64,000 bases of DNA from Acidobacteriota bacterium (GTDB taxonomy: Bacteria > Acidobacteriota > UBA890 > WLXD01). The notes beneath the pieces were generated by a model. The model saw only the letters and a list, made by a program, of their open reading frames with translations, was not told the origin of the DNA and did not search any database. Within the stretch, counting starts at the first letter, position 1. The number at the start of each line of letters is the position of its first letter. The stretch lies in contig CAXWPH010000015.1 in the NCBI GenBank assembly GCA_963666055.2, forward strand, positions 1,536,001-1,600,000, in the 5' to 3' direction. The position numbers and the translations under genes were made by a program. Shown here one piece after another: positions 49,471 through 58,872 of the stretch.

Positions 49471-49794
49471 GTGAGAGGAAAGCATCTGGGCGAGCTCGAG
49501 GAGTTGGTGTTGCTGGCGGTACTCGGACTCGGCCGCCAGGCGTATGGCGTCGGGGTACAACAGCAGATCGAGCAGCGCACTGGCCGTAACGTGACGATTG
49601 GTGCGGTCTACTCGGCGCTCGACCGCCTGGAGCGCAAGGGGTACCTGCGCTCGCGCGTCGGGTCTCCTGGAACGGACCGCGGTGGCCGTCGTAAGCGGTT
49701 GTTCGCCATCCGACAGGCCGGCCGCGCGTCGCTAGAGCAGGTGCGCGCCGACCGCGCGGCGATGTGGCAGGCTGCCGAGCCGCACGATGCGTGA
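49471..49794 (+). CDS. PadR-family transcriptional regulator
   Basis: LGELEELVLLAVL, AYGV, GAVYSALDRLERKG, GGRRKRLF; GTG start. Confidence 0.9.
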   Translation: MRGKHLGELEELVLLAVLGLGRQAYGVGVQQQIEQRTGRNVTIGAVYSALDRLERKGYLRSRVGSPGTDRGGRRKRLFAIRQAGRASLEQVRADRAAMWQAAEPHDA

Positions 49795-52633
49795 CCCGCA
49801 GCCGTCGCCACCGGCAACTGCCTCTTGGTTGCTGCGCCGGCTGTGCCGCCCGCGCTATCGGGATTTGGTGGAAGGCGATGTCCTGGAGCTCTTCGAGCTC
49901 CGGTTGCACAGCCATGGCCGATGGCGGGCCGCTGTGAGGTACTGGATCGATGTGTTGAGCCTGGCGCGAAGCCCATACGGACGTGGCCGGCCAGACGATC
50001 GAAACGCCCCGGACCAGGGGCGGCTAACGGAGTGGATCATGAATCTTCTGCAGGACATACGACAGGCGGTGCGCGCGCTGGTCAAAGCGCCGGCGTTCAG
50101 CGGCGTGGTGGTGATAACCCTGGGGCTGGCGGTCGGTGCCAACAGCGCGATCTTCAGCGTTGTCGATGCGGTGTTGTTGCGGCCGCTGCCGTATGACCAG
50201 CCCGAGACCATCGTGGTGATCAACGAGCGCGGCGGCGGTGAGCTCGAGGGACTCACGCGCTCCGGTGCATCACAGAACCTTTTTCTCGAGTGGCGCTCCG
50301 ACAGCCGCGCGTTCGAACAGATGGCGATGTACTCACAGCAAGAGGCCACCATCACTAGCTTCGAGGAGCCCGTTCGGCTGAACGGGCTCGCGGCGTCGCC
50401 GGCGCTGTTCACATTGCTGCGCGTCGACGCCGCGATCGGCCGGACGTTTACCCCCGACGAGGAGGAGCCCGGGCAGGACGATGTCATCGTCCTCGGACAC
50501 AGCGCCTGGCAGCGATACTTCGGTGGCGATCCGGGCGTCGTTGGCACCCAGCTACACCTCGATGATCGCAGTCGGACCGTGGTGGGCATCACCCCACCAG
50601 GGTTCCAGTTTCCGGACGCCTCCATCGAATACTACGTGCCCATGTTGGCGTCGCTCCCCGATTCGATCGGGGGTGCCGAGGAAGCAGCGCGATCGGGAGC
50701 CTCGGTGCGCAGAGAGAGTACCGTCCGCCAGGGCGGTGCAGGTGGTCCAGGTAGTCCAGGTGCACCGCCGGGTGGCTCCGGGCCAGCTGGCGGTGGCGGG
50801 CAAGGCGGTGATGACGGTGAGGAGAGTGAGGACCGGATCGAGCTCTGGGCTCGGGTGGTGGCACGGCTGAACCCTGCGGTTACGCTCGAGATGGCCTCCG
50901 AGGAGGGCACGGCGCTGGTCCGAGGACTGCGTCAAGAAGACGTTGCTACCCTCGGTGATCGCAGGGCGGAAGTGATCTCGATGCAGGAGGACGTGGTCGG
51001 CTCGGTGCGGCGGTCGTTGCTGACCCTGATGGGCGCCGTCGGCTTCGTCTTGCTTATCGCCTGTGCCAACGTCGCCAACTTGGTGACGGCGCGCTCGGTG
51101 GAACGGCGCAAGGAGATCGCGGTGCGGGCGGCCCTGGGCGCCGACAAGTGGAAGCTGTCGCGTTACCTGTTCCTCGAGAGCCTGTTGCTGGCGCTTGCCG
51201 GCGGGGTGGTGGGTTTGGGGCTGGCCTTCGGCGGCCTACGGCTACTGGCGGCCTTGAGCCCCGACTTCATCCCGCGGCTCGAGGGGGTGAGTATCGACGT
51301 CCGCGTGCTCGGATTCACGCTCTTCGTGGCGGCGGTCACCGCAGTGCTGTTCAGCTTGATGCCGGCACGCGGCGCCTCGCGGCTCGATCTCACACGTGCC
51401 TTGAAGGAGGAGTTCAGCACGGCCGGGCTAGGCCGCAACGCGCTGCGCAAGCTGTTGGTGACGGTCGAGGTTGCGTTGTCGGTGGTCTTGCTGGTCGGTG
51501 CCGGCTTGCTGATGGCGAGCTTCATACGGCTGGCCAGCGTCGATCCTGGCTACGATCCCAACAACTTGCTGCACTTGCACATCAGCCTGCCCGCCAACGC
51601 CTACGCTGACGCTGCGTCACACCTGAACTACTACGATGATCTGGTGCGGCGCCTGGAGAGCATGCCGGGAGTTCTGTCGGCAACCGTCGCCAGCCAGCCT
51701 CCTTATCTGCCGGCGAATATCCGCGTGGCGATTTCGACGCAACGCGGTGATGCCCCCCCGTCGCCTGAGCAGCGCCCGACACCGGTGGGTGTGCGCATTG
51801 TCGAGAACGCCTATTTCGAGACGCTGCGTGCCGCTCCCACGGCGGGCCGGCTCATCAACCGCGATGATCGGCCGGAGACGCTGGCGGTGGCTGTTCTGAG
51901 CCGCTCCGGCGCGCAAGCGATGTTCGGCGACCGCGACCCGGTGGGGAAGAAGATGCCCTTTATCGGCGGACAGGAGCTCGAGATCGTTGGCGTCGTTGAC
52001 GACGTCCGCACCGCTGGTGTCGATCCGACACCGCAGGCCGACATTTTTCTGCCGTATCGTCAGGCGCCCGAGCGAATGGTGCCGAGGCTATTCAGCACGG
52101 CGCACGTGCTGATTCGTACCGGACCCGCTCCATTGAGCGTTCTACCGGCGGTGCGCACGGCACTGCGGCAGTCGGAGGGTGGGTTGCTCGTGCTCAGTGC
52201 CGCCACTATCCGCGACCGGCTGTCCGATTCGGTTGCCGAGCCGCGCTTCTATGCGAGCCTCGTCGGTGCCTTCGCGCTGCTGGCGTTGTCGCTGGCTGCC
52301 ATCGGGATCTACGGCATGCTGTCGTACTCGGTACAGCAGGGGGTGCGCGACACAGCGATTCGGCGTGCTCTCGGCGCACCGGTGGGCGGCATCCTGCGCC
52401 GGGTCCTGGGTGAGGGTATGGGTCTGGCGGTCGTCGGCCTGGTGCTCGGCATCACCGCGGCGCTGACCTTGACGCGCCTGCTGGAGTCGATGCTGTACGA
52501 GGTCGAGCCCACGGATCCGTCAGCGCTGACCGTTGTGACGCTGGTTTTTCTGGCCGTGGCACTATTGGCAGTGTGGATCCCGGCTCGCCGGGCCACGCGC
52601 ATCGACCCGATGGACGTGCTGCGCTACGAGTAG
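49787..52633 (+). CDS. ADOP-type duplicated ABC permease with Gly/Pro-rich insert
   Basis: LAVGANSAIFSVV, LIACANVANL, EIAVRAALGA, PARRATRIDPMDVLRYE. Confidence 0.93.
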   Translation: MRDPQPSPPATASWLLRRLCRPRYRDLVEGDVLELFELRLHSHGRWRAAVRYWIDVLSLARSPYGRGRPDDRNAPDQGRLTEWIMNLLQDIRQAVRALVKAPAFSGVVVITLGLAVGANSAIFSVVDAVLLRPLPYDQPETIVVINERGGGELEGLTRSGASQNLFLEWRSDSRAFEQMAMYSQQEATITSFEEPVRLNGLAASPALFTLLRVDAAIGRTFTPDEEEPGQDDVIVLGHSAWQRYFGGDPGVVGTQLHLDDRSRTVVGITPPGFQFPDASIEYYVPMLASLPDSIGGAEEAARSGASVRRESTVRQGGAGGPGSPGAPPGGSGPAGGGGQGGDDGEESEDRIELWARVVARLNPAVTLEMASEEGTALVRGLRQEDVATLGDRRAEVISMQEDVVGSVRRSLLTLMGAVGFVLLIACANVANLVTARSVERRKEIAVRAALGADKWKLSRYLFLESLLLALAGGVVGLGLAFGGLRLLAALSPDFIPRLEGVSIDVRVLGFTLFVAAVTAVLFSLMPARGASRLDLTRALKEEFSTAGLGRNALRKLLVTVEVALSVVLLVGAGLLMASFIRLASVDPGYDPNNLLHLHISLPANAYADAASHLNYYDDLVRRLESMPGVLSATVASQPPYLPANIRVAISTQRGDAPPSPEQRPTPVGVRIVENAYFETLRAAPTAGRLINRDDRPETLAVAVLSRSGAQAMFGDRDPVGKKMPFIGGQELEIVGVVDDVRTAGVDPTPQADIFLPYRQAPERMVPRLFSTAHVLIRTGPAPLSVLPAVRTALRQSEGGLLVLSAATIRDRLSDSVAEPRFYASLVGAFALLALSLAAIGIYGMLSYSVQQGVRDTAIRRALGAPVGGILRRVLGEGMGLAVVGLVLGITAALTLTRLLESMLYEVEPTDPSALTVVTLVFLAVALLAVWIPARRATRIDPMDVLRYE

Positions 52634-52653
52634 TCGCCGCGGCGCGCCCGGAA

Positions 52654-52678
52654 CCACGCTTTCACCAAAGCCTGCTAG
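52654..52678. repeat. Solo MITE end overlapping a TAG stop
   Basis: CCACGCTTTCACCAAAGCCTGCTAG. Confidence 0.65.
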
Positions 52679-53220
52679 AACCCGATCGTGATGCCGGCGG
52701 TCACCATCTGCAGGTCCTGGAGAAAATCGACCCGGAAGCGTTCGTACTCGGCTCGCAGCGAGAACGTACCCAATCGCAGCGCTGCGCCGGCGCCGTATAC
52801 GAAGTCGGTACCCTTCGTCTCCGTGATGTCACCCGCGATGCCGGTTTCATGCTTCCATCGGAACCAGCCGCCGCGGCCGAAGATCTCAAAAGGGCCGGCC
52901 GGAAGGATCAGCAGCATCGATCCCTGGAAGCCGGTCGTGCGCGCCGTCAAGTCTGAGCCCGGGAAGCTGGCAGTGAGCTCGCGTAGCGAGCGGTAGTCTA
53001 TCTCGAAAGCTATGTATCGCGATCGATGGCCGGCGCCGGCCTTCCAGGCGATCGTCGTATCGTCGATCAGGTTGATCTCGTCGACGTCGAGCCGAATTAG
53101 GGCAGCGCCGATCGAGCCGGCGATGTACGAACCTTCGGCAGCAAGCCCTCCTTGCGCCAACGCCGGGCTAGTGCAGCCCAGCAGGACGACGAGTACACCG
53201 ATTCCGCACAGCCGTTTCAT
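52675..53220 (-). CDS. Outer-membrane beta-barrel protein (OmpA-like TM domain)
   Basis: Signal peptide, amphipathic strands, YGAGA, LRAEYERF, terminal Phe. Confidence 0.85.
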   Translation of the reverse strand: MKRLCGIGVLVVLLGCTSPALAQGGLAAEGSYIAGSIGAALIRLDVDEINLIDDTTIAWKAGAGHRSRYIAFEIDYRSLRELTASFPGSDLTARTTGFQGSMLLILPAGPFEIFGRGGWFRWKHETGIAGDITETKGTDFVYGAGAALRLGTFSLRAEYERFRVDFLQDLQMVTAGITIGF

Positions 53221-53374
53221 CGATACACCCACGATTCGTGGGGCGTGAACGTAGCCGGTGCGCAACCTGGCAGATGTTGCGACTGGCGCGGCGTGGCCCC
53301 CACACCACCTCCGCTCCACTAGCGTACTTCAGGCGCGGCCGCCGGATATCCGCCGGCGGCCGCGCCGGTCTCCG

Positions 53375-54115
53375 TCAGCTCGCCGCTCTGCGGAACTTCA
53401 GCAGCATGCGATCCATCGAAGAACGGCTGTCCCAGTATGCTTGGGTGAAGTCGTCGCCGGGGTTGGCGAGCAGCTCGGAACGATCCACCAGCTCGAATCC
53501 GCGAGCCTCGATCTCGGCGATGACCAGCGCCTCCGATACACGGTGTGTGTCGCTGTCGATACCCTCGCCGGGCATGCGTGAATCGACCACGCCGAGTATG
53601 CCGCCAGGCTTCAGTGTTCGCAGCAGCTCGCTAAAGATGGGGTCGGGCTGCATTTCGTACTGTTCGGCGATCTCGGGGATGAGCATGTCGTGGACGTTGC
53701 GGACGACCACACACACATCGAGGCTGGCGTCGGGCACGTCGGCGAGGCTCTGGTGTATCTCGACGTTGTCGAGTCCGGCCGCGGCAAAGCGCTCGGCGAG
53801 CCGCGTGGCGCCGCCAGCATCGGTGCCGACGCTATGAACGCGCCCGCTGGTGCCGACCATAAGGGCCAGAACGTGGCTGTTGTAGCCGCCGCCGGGAACC
53901 AGGTCTGCCACCGTGCTTCCGGGTCCCACGCCGAGCCAAGCGAAGACCTCGAGAGGCTTACTGCCGGCGTCGCGTGCGCGGTTCTCGGCGGGCCGCGACG
54001 GGTCGCCCAACGGGTCGTGTTGAATCGCCGACACGGGTGCCACGGTGATGGCCAGCGCCAGCCCTAGAAGCAAAGCTGCGCTTTGTGCGGCAATGTTGCG
54101 ATGCAGGTAGAGCAT
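53375..54115 (-). CDS. Predicted secreted class I methyltransferase
   Basis: Signal peptide; VADLVPGGGY, LKPGGILGVVD, HRV, LLANPGD. Confidence 0.85.
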   Translation of the reverse strand: MLYLHRNIAAQSAALLLGLALAITVAPVSAIQHDPLGDPSRPAENRARDAGSKPLEVFAWLGVGPGSTVADLVPGGGYNSHVLALMVGTSGRVHSVGTDAGGATRLAERFAAAGLDNVEIHQSLADVPDASLDVCVVVRNVHDMLIPEIAEQYEMQPDPIFSELLRTLKPGGILGVVDSRMPGEGIDSDTHRVSEALVIAEIEARGFELVDRSELLANPGDDFTQAYWDSRSSMDRMLLKFRRAAS

Positions 54116-54194
54116 CGATCGGTAACTCCAGGGGATGCGAGTGGTTGGTACGACGCGCGACCGCGGGAACAGTCTCGCGCGCGTTGGGTGCGCA

Positions 54195-54250
54195 CAAGGT
54201 CGCGCCGGACGGCGAACGTAGCGGCTACGTTCGATCGCCGTGCCAGACGC
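54195..54250 (-). repeat. Divergent copy of the GCGTY...CCTTG stem-loop module
   Basis: Minus strand GCGTC...CGAACGTAG-CCG-CTACGTTCG...CCTTG. Confidence 0.45.
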
Positions 54251-54899
54251 ACGGCAACCCCGTGCTTGATCTTGCCAGGGCTACGCAACCTACGCCACCG
54301 CTCACGCCTCCAGAAGCCGAAGTGGCGCCGCTTCGCCACCCCTCTCCGCCGCCGCACGATTTGTGGGTATCGATATCAGGGTCGACCGGTTGCTCGACCG
54401 GTCGGATCGCGAAAAACCCCGACAGCGTCAGCGTAGCGATACTCCACGCGCGTGCGGTTGTGCAGGTACACCGGGCTAACGGGTGTAGCAACTTGCACCT
54501 CCCCCGATAACTGGTCATGCCGCTTGCGGCATGCCGACCCCCTGTTACGACCCGCGGCGCGATCCTAGTCCTCTCGCGCACGTACTGAAAGCCTCTTGGC
54601 AAGAACTTCTCGCTTTCTTTTTGGGGGCAATAATCCACGATCCGAGCGGCGGCCTAGAGATCGCGCAGCAACTCGAGGTCACCCGCGACTTGCAGCATCT
54701 CTCGACGGCTGAGCGACGAACGAAAACGAGCCATCGGTCCCCTCGCTGACTCGGCATTGTGCGCCTCGAGCTGGTGCACCGGTGCTCGCCGCGGGCCGAG
54801 TATGATACGGGAGGCAGCGCTGCCGCGAGCCATGGATGGCGATCGGCCCGCCTCGAGTCTCATGCTCGTTGTCGCCACCATGACACCGAAGGCAGAACA

Positions 54900-55844
54900 A
54901 TGAAGGTTCCCGTGGCGCCGGCTGTCGCGCCCCAACAGCCACCGCTGCCGGCAACGGATGGGAATTCGTCACTGCCGATCGCCTACGCCGTCGGCGCTGT
55001 CGCCATCTTTGCCATCCAGGATGCGATCATCAAGCTGCTGGTGGCCGACTATCCAATCATGCAGATCCTCGGCCTGCGCAGCTTGGTGATGTTGATTCCG
55101 GCCGCCATCCTGCTGCGCGCCGAAGGCGGACTGCGATGTCTCCGCACCGATCGGGCACGAGAGCAGGCGCTCCGTTGCCTGTTGACCCTCTTGACCTGGC
55201 TTACCTTCTACTTCGCCATCGCCAGTCTGCCACTGGGCGAGTTGGCGGCGATCGTCTTCTCGGCGCCGCTGATAATCACGGCGCTGTCGGGACCGCTGCT
55301 CGGGGAGCACGTCGGGGCGCACCGCTGGACAGCTCTGTTGATCGGTTTTCTGGGTGTGCTGCTGATCGTACGGCCGACCGGTGATGCTGCTGTCGACTGG
55401 GCCGGGGTTGCGGCGCTTGCCTCGAGCTTTTTCTACGCTCTTGCGATGATCCAGACGCGCCGGTTGACGCGTACGGATTCCAGCGCCGGGATGCTGGTGT
55501 ATAGCGCCGTCTTCATGACGCTGGTGTCGATTGTCACCTGGCCTTTTCAATGGGTCACTCCCGGAAGATTCGACCTCCTGCTGCTGGTGACACTGGGCCT
55601 GCTTGGCGGGTTCTCGCACTACGCGATGATCCAGGCATATCGCCTGGCACCGGTTTACGTGGTGGCGCCATTCGATTACACGCACCTGGTGTGGGCGATG
55701 GCGCTTGGCTACCTGATCTGGGCCGAGGTTCCGACCGTCGGGATGCTGGTCGGCGCCACGGTGGTTGTCAGCAGTGGTCTCTACGTGCTGGGCCGCGAGG
55801 CTCACCTCAAGCGGCGCCGCGTAGGGCTGAGGGCGGCGGGCTGA
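54900..55844 (+). CDS. DMT/EamA-family transporter
   Basis: Ten TM segments; FSAPLII, LLGEHVG, VAPFDY. Confidence 0.9.
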   Translation: MKVPVAPAVAPQQPPLPATDGNSSLPIAYAVGAVAIFAIQDAIIKLLVADYPIMQILGLRSLVMLIPAAILLRAEGGLRCLRTDRAREQALRCLLTLLTWLTFYFAIASLPLGELAAIVFSAPLIITALSGPLLGEHVGAHRWTALLIGFLGVLLIVRPTGDAAVDWAGVAALASSFFYALAMIQTRRLTRTDSSAGMLVYSAVFMTLVSIVTWPFQWVTPGRFDLLLLVTLGLLGGFSHYAMIQAYRLAPVYVVAPFDYTHLVWAMALGYLIWAEVPTVGMLVGATVVVSSGLYVLGREAHLKRRRVGLRAAG

Positions 55845-55976
55845 GAGCGCTAAGCTGGCGCCTCAGTGACGTTGCCGATTCAAACGCCCAACAGATCGTC
55901 GCTCACCGTTAGCCGGCGCCGCAGGCCATGCGGTCTGACGTCGAGCGGGCTCGACGTCGACGCTTGGCATCGGGAG

Positions 55977-56531
55977 ATGGCAGAATCGGCCGCCGTGAGC
56001 AATACGGCGAAGATCGGTATCGTGACGGTCTCGGATCGAGCCAGCCGCGGTGAGTACGAGGATCGCGGCGGACCGGCTATCCGGAGCTATCTTAGCGAGC
56101 TCCTTACCTCGGAATGGGAGCCGGTGGCACGCCTGATTCCCGATGAGCGGCTGGTGATCGAGAATACGCTGCGCGATCTCTGCGACAACGAGGGGTGTTG
56201 CCTGGTGGTTACCACCGGCGGAACCGGTCCTGCGGCGCGCGACATCACCCCCGAGGCCACCGAGGCGGTGAGCGTCAAGCTCATGCCGGGCTTCGGGGAG
56301 CTCATGCGCACGGTGTCGCTGCGCGCTGTTCCTACGGCGATCCTGTCGCGCCAGACGGCCGGCATCCGGGGAAGTAGCTTGATCCTGAACCTCCCGGGAC
56401 AGCCGAAGGCGATCGCCGAGTGCCTGGATGCGGTGTTTCCGGCGATTCCGTACTGTGTTGACCTGATCGGTGGCCCGTACCTGACGACGGACGCGGCCAG
56501 GCTCGTTGCCTTCCGGCCCAAGAAAAAGTGA
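55977..56531 (+). CDS. mog: Molybdopterin adenylyltransferase
   Basis: VSDRASRGEYED, TTGGTGPAARDITPEAT, LSRQTAG, NLPGQPK. Confidence 0.93.
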   Translation: MAESAAVSNTAKIGIVTVSDRASRGEYEDRGGPAIRSYLSELLTSEWEPVARLIPDERLVIENTLRDLCDNEGCCLVVTTGGTGPAARDITPEATEAVSVKLMPGFGELMRTVSLRAVPTAILSRQTAGIRGSSLILNLPGQPKAIAECLDAVFPAIPYCVDLIGGPYLTTDAARLVAFRPKKK

Positions 56532-56575
56532 ATCGTGCCGCTCAGCGTCGGTCCGCTGAGACGCAGGAGTGCCTG

Positions 56576-57802
56576 ATGCAGCTGATACGCCCGTTCCGTG
56601 CCCTGCGATCGACACCCGAGAGCGTCGGCCATGTCGCCGCTCCGCCCTACGATGTGCTCGACAGCGAGGAGGCGCGACGCCTGGTTGGCGACAACGCCGA
56701 CTCGTTCCTGCACGTGTCCAAGCCAGAGATCGATTTCCCGCCGGGCACCGACCCGCACGCGCCCGAGGTGCACGCCCGCGGCCGGGCGAATCTCGATCGG
56801 CTGATCGACGAGGGCTTGCTGCGGCGCGACGAGGTCCCTTGTCTGTACGTTTACCGGATCGTCATGGGCGAACACACCCAGACCGGGGTGGTGGCCGCCG
56901 CCAGCATTGCCGCTTACCTGGATGGCCGCATCCGGCTGCATGAGCACACCAAGGACGACAAGGTCGACGATCGTGCTCGCAACGCTGACGCCCTCGACGC
57001 ACACACCGGCACGCTGTTCCTGACGCATCGCGCCGACCCTGAGGTCGATCGACTGGTAGCCGACTGCCGCACGCAACTGCCGGCCCTCGACGTGCCCTGC
57101 GAGGACGGTGTACGGCACACCCTCTGGGTGGTTTCGGAGCCCGCGGCGTTGGTGGCGGCGTTCAACGCCATGCCGGCGGTGTACATGGCCGATGGTCACC
57201 ACCGCTCGGCGGCGGCGGCCAAGCTGTACGAATGGCGTCAGGAGCGGCGCGCGGCGGGAGAAGAGGTGGGTGGTGCCGATTGGTTTCTGGCGGTGATATT
57301 TCCCCACGACCAGGTGCAGATCCTGCCCTATAACCGCGTCGTGTCGACGCTTGGCGGGCGCACCGCCGACGAGCTGATCGAAGCCCTCGGCGACGCGTTC
57401 ACCGTGGAGTCTAGCGACGGCGCCGTGCAGCCGTCGCGCCCGGGAGCGTTCGGCCTTTACGTCGCGGGTCGCTGGTACCGGCTAGAGATCGACCCGGAAC
57501 GGGTTCCCGCAGATGCGCTCGGCCGGCTCGACATCAACCTGCTGGGCGCTAATTGTCTGGGGCCGCTGCTCGGCATCGAGGATCAGCGTACCGACGACCG
57601 CATCGAGTTCGTCGGCGGTATCCGCGGCCTGGAGGAGCTCGAGCGACGTGTGGACAACGGTGAGATGAAGGCCGCGTTCTCCTTCTACCCCACGCAGCTC
57701 GCCGACGTCCTGGCAGTCGCCGACGCCGGCGAGGTGATGCCGCCGAAGTCGACCTGGTTCGAGCCCAAGCTGCGCGACGGCTTGGTGGTGTTGCCCCTCT
57801 AG
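56576..57802 (+). CDS. DUF1015-family protein
   Basis: PFRALR, PPYDV, HEHT, YMADGHHR, MPPKSTWFEPKLRDGL. Confidence 0.9.
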   Translation: MQLIRPFRALRSTPESVGHVAAPPYDVLDSEEARRLVGDNADSFLHVSKPEIDFPPGTDPHAPEVHARGRANLDRLIDEGLLRRDEVPCLYVYRIVMGEHTQTGVVAAASIAAYLDGRIRLHEHTKDDKVDDRARNADALDAHTGTLFLTHRADPEVDRLVADCRTQLPALDVPCEDGVRHTLWVVSEPAALVAAFNAMPAVYMADGHHRSAAAAKLYEWRQERRAAGEEVGGADWFLAVIFPHDQVQILPYNRVVSTLGGRTADELIEALGDAFTVESSDGAVQPSRPGAFGLYVAGRWYRLEIDPERVPADALGRLDINLLGANCLGPLLGIEDQRTDDRIEFVGGIRGLEELERRVDNGEMKAAFSFYPTQLADVLAVADAGEVMPPKSTWFEPKLRDGLVVLPL

Positions 57803-58076
57803 CAGGCCGTGGTGAAAGTGTGGTGGTCTGGCGACAGGGACTTGCGAAGTGGAGGCAAGGAGAGAGGAGAAGGCGATGGTTACCCCATCGTTGACGAGGA
57901 ACGACGCAGCATACGCGCGCAACCCCCTGTCGCCCTAAGGGTTACGGCGATTTGGGGCCATCTGCAGCGTTGGCCTTCCTGGACGATGGCTAGGGCATCG
58001 CCTGTGTCCGGCCGCCTTGTATCCGGCCCCAACTCGCCGTAACCAGACCCACCACACTTTCACCACGGCCTGCTAG
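57799..58076 (+). mobile_element. Full-length 278-bp MITE-like element; left CTAG contains the DUF1015 stop
   Basis: CTAGCAGGCCGTGGTGAAAGTGTGGTGGTCTGG ... CCAGACCCACCACACTTTCACCACGGCCTGCTAG. Confidence 0.9.
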
Positions 58077-58281
58077 TTCCGACCGTGTCGGCGCACGGGC
58101 AAGATCTTTCGCCGAATCCATCGCAGAGCTGCGCTCATCGTTCGTCGCCCTAGTGGTTGGGGACCTCGAACAACAACACGTAATCGCGACTCGGTTTGCC
58201 TCTCGCGGTCTCTCTGTTGTTGCGCGCCCGAGGTGAGCTCGCTTGATCGCGCCGCCGTTGCGCCAGTACGCTGCCGTTGAG

Positions 58282-58872
58282 ATGAGCATGGAGCCAGCGG
58301 AGCAGGACGACCATCGGGTGACCGAGCTGTTGCTCGGCTGGAGCGAGGGGGACGACGAGTCGCGCGATCGCCTGATGGACATCGTCTATCAGGAGCTGCG
58401 ACGCATCGCCGGCGCCCAGCTACGTGGCGAGCGCCGCGGGCACACGCTTCAGGCTACGGCTCTGGTCAACGAGGCCTACTTGCGCCTTGTGGACCAGAAT
58501 CGTGTTCAGTGGAAGAATCGCGCCCACTTCTTCGGCATTGCTGCGCGGCTCATGCGGCGAATCCTGGTGGACCATGCGCGCCGTCAGCGGGCCGAGAAGC
58601 GCGGCGGCGGCGCGACGCTCCTGGCGATCAACGAGGAGGTCGTGGCTGGACCCGAGCGCGACTTCGACCTCGTAGCCCTGGACGACGCTCTCGAAGAGCT
58701 GCAATCGTTCGATGCCCGGGCGGCTCAGCTCGTCGAGCTGCGCTTCTTCGGTGGTCTCACCATCGAGGAGACCAGCGAGGTGATGGAGCTGTCGCCGGCG
58801 ACCATCAAGCGCGAGTGGAGCACCGCCCGCGCCTGGCTGCACCGCGAGATCGTATCCGGGCAAGTCGAGTGA
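58282..58872 (+). CDS. ECF sigma factor, kinase-associated (TIGR02999-like)
   Basis: VYQELRRIA, HTLQATALVNEAYLRL, ILVDHAR, LVELRFFGGLT, ARAWL. Confidence 0.92.
   Translation: MSMEPAEQDDHRVTELLLGWSEGDDESRDRLMDIVYQELRRIAGAQLRGERRGHTLQATALVNEAYLRLVDQNRVQWKNRAHFFGIAARLMRRILVDHARRQRAEKRGGGATLLAINEEVVAGPERDFDLVALDDALEELQSFDARAAQLVELRFFGGLTIEETSEVMELSPATIKREWSTARAWLHREIVSGQVE

Noticed and set aside
54511-54527. CTGGTCATGCCGCTTGC as a sigma54 promoter
   Set aside because: GG-to-GC spacing is 11, not the obligatory 10.
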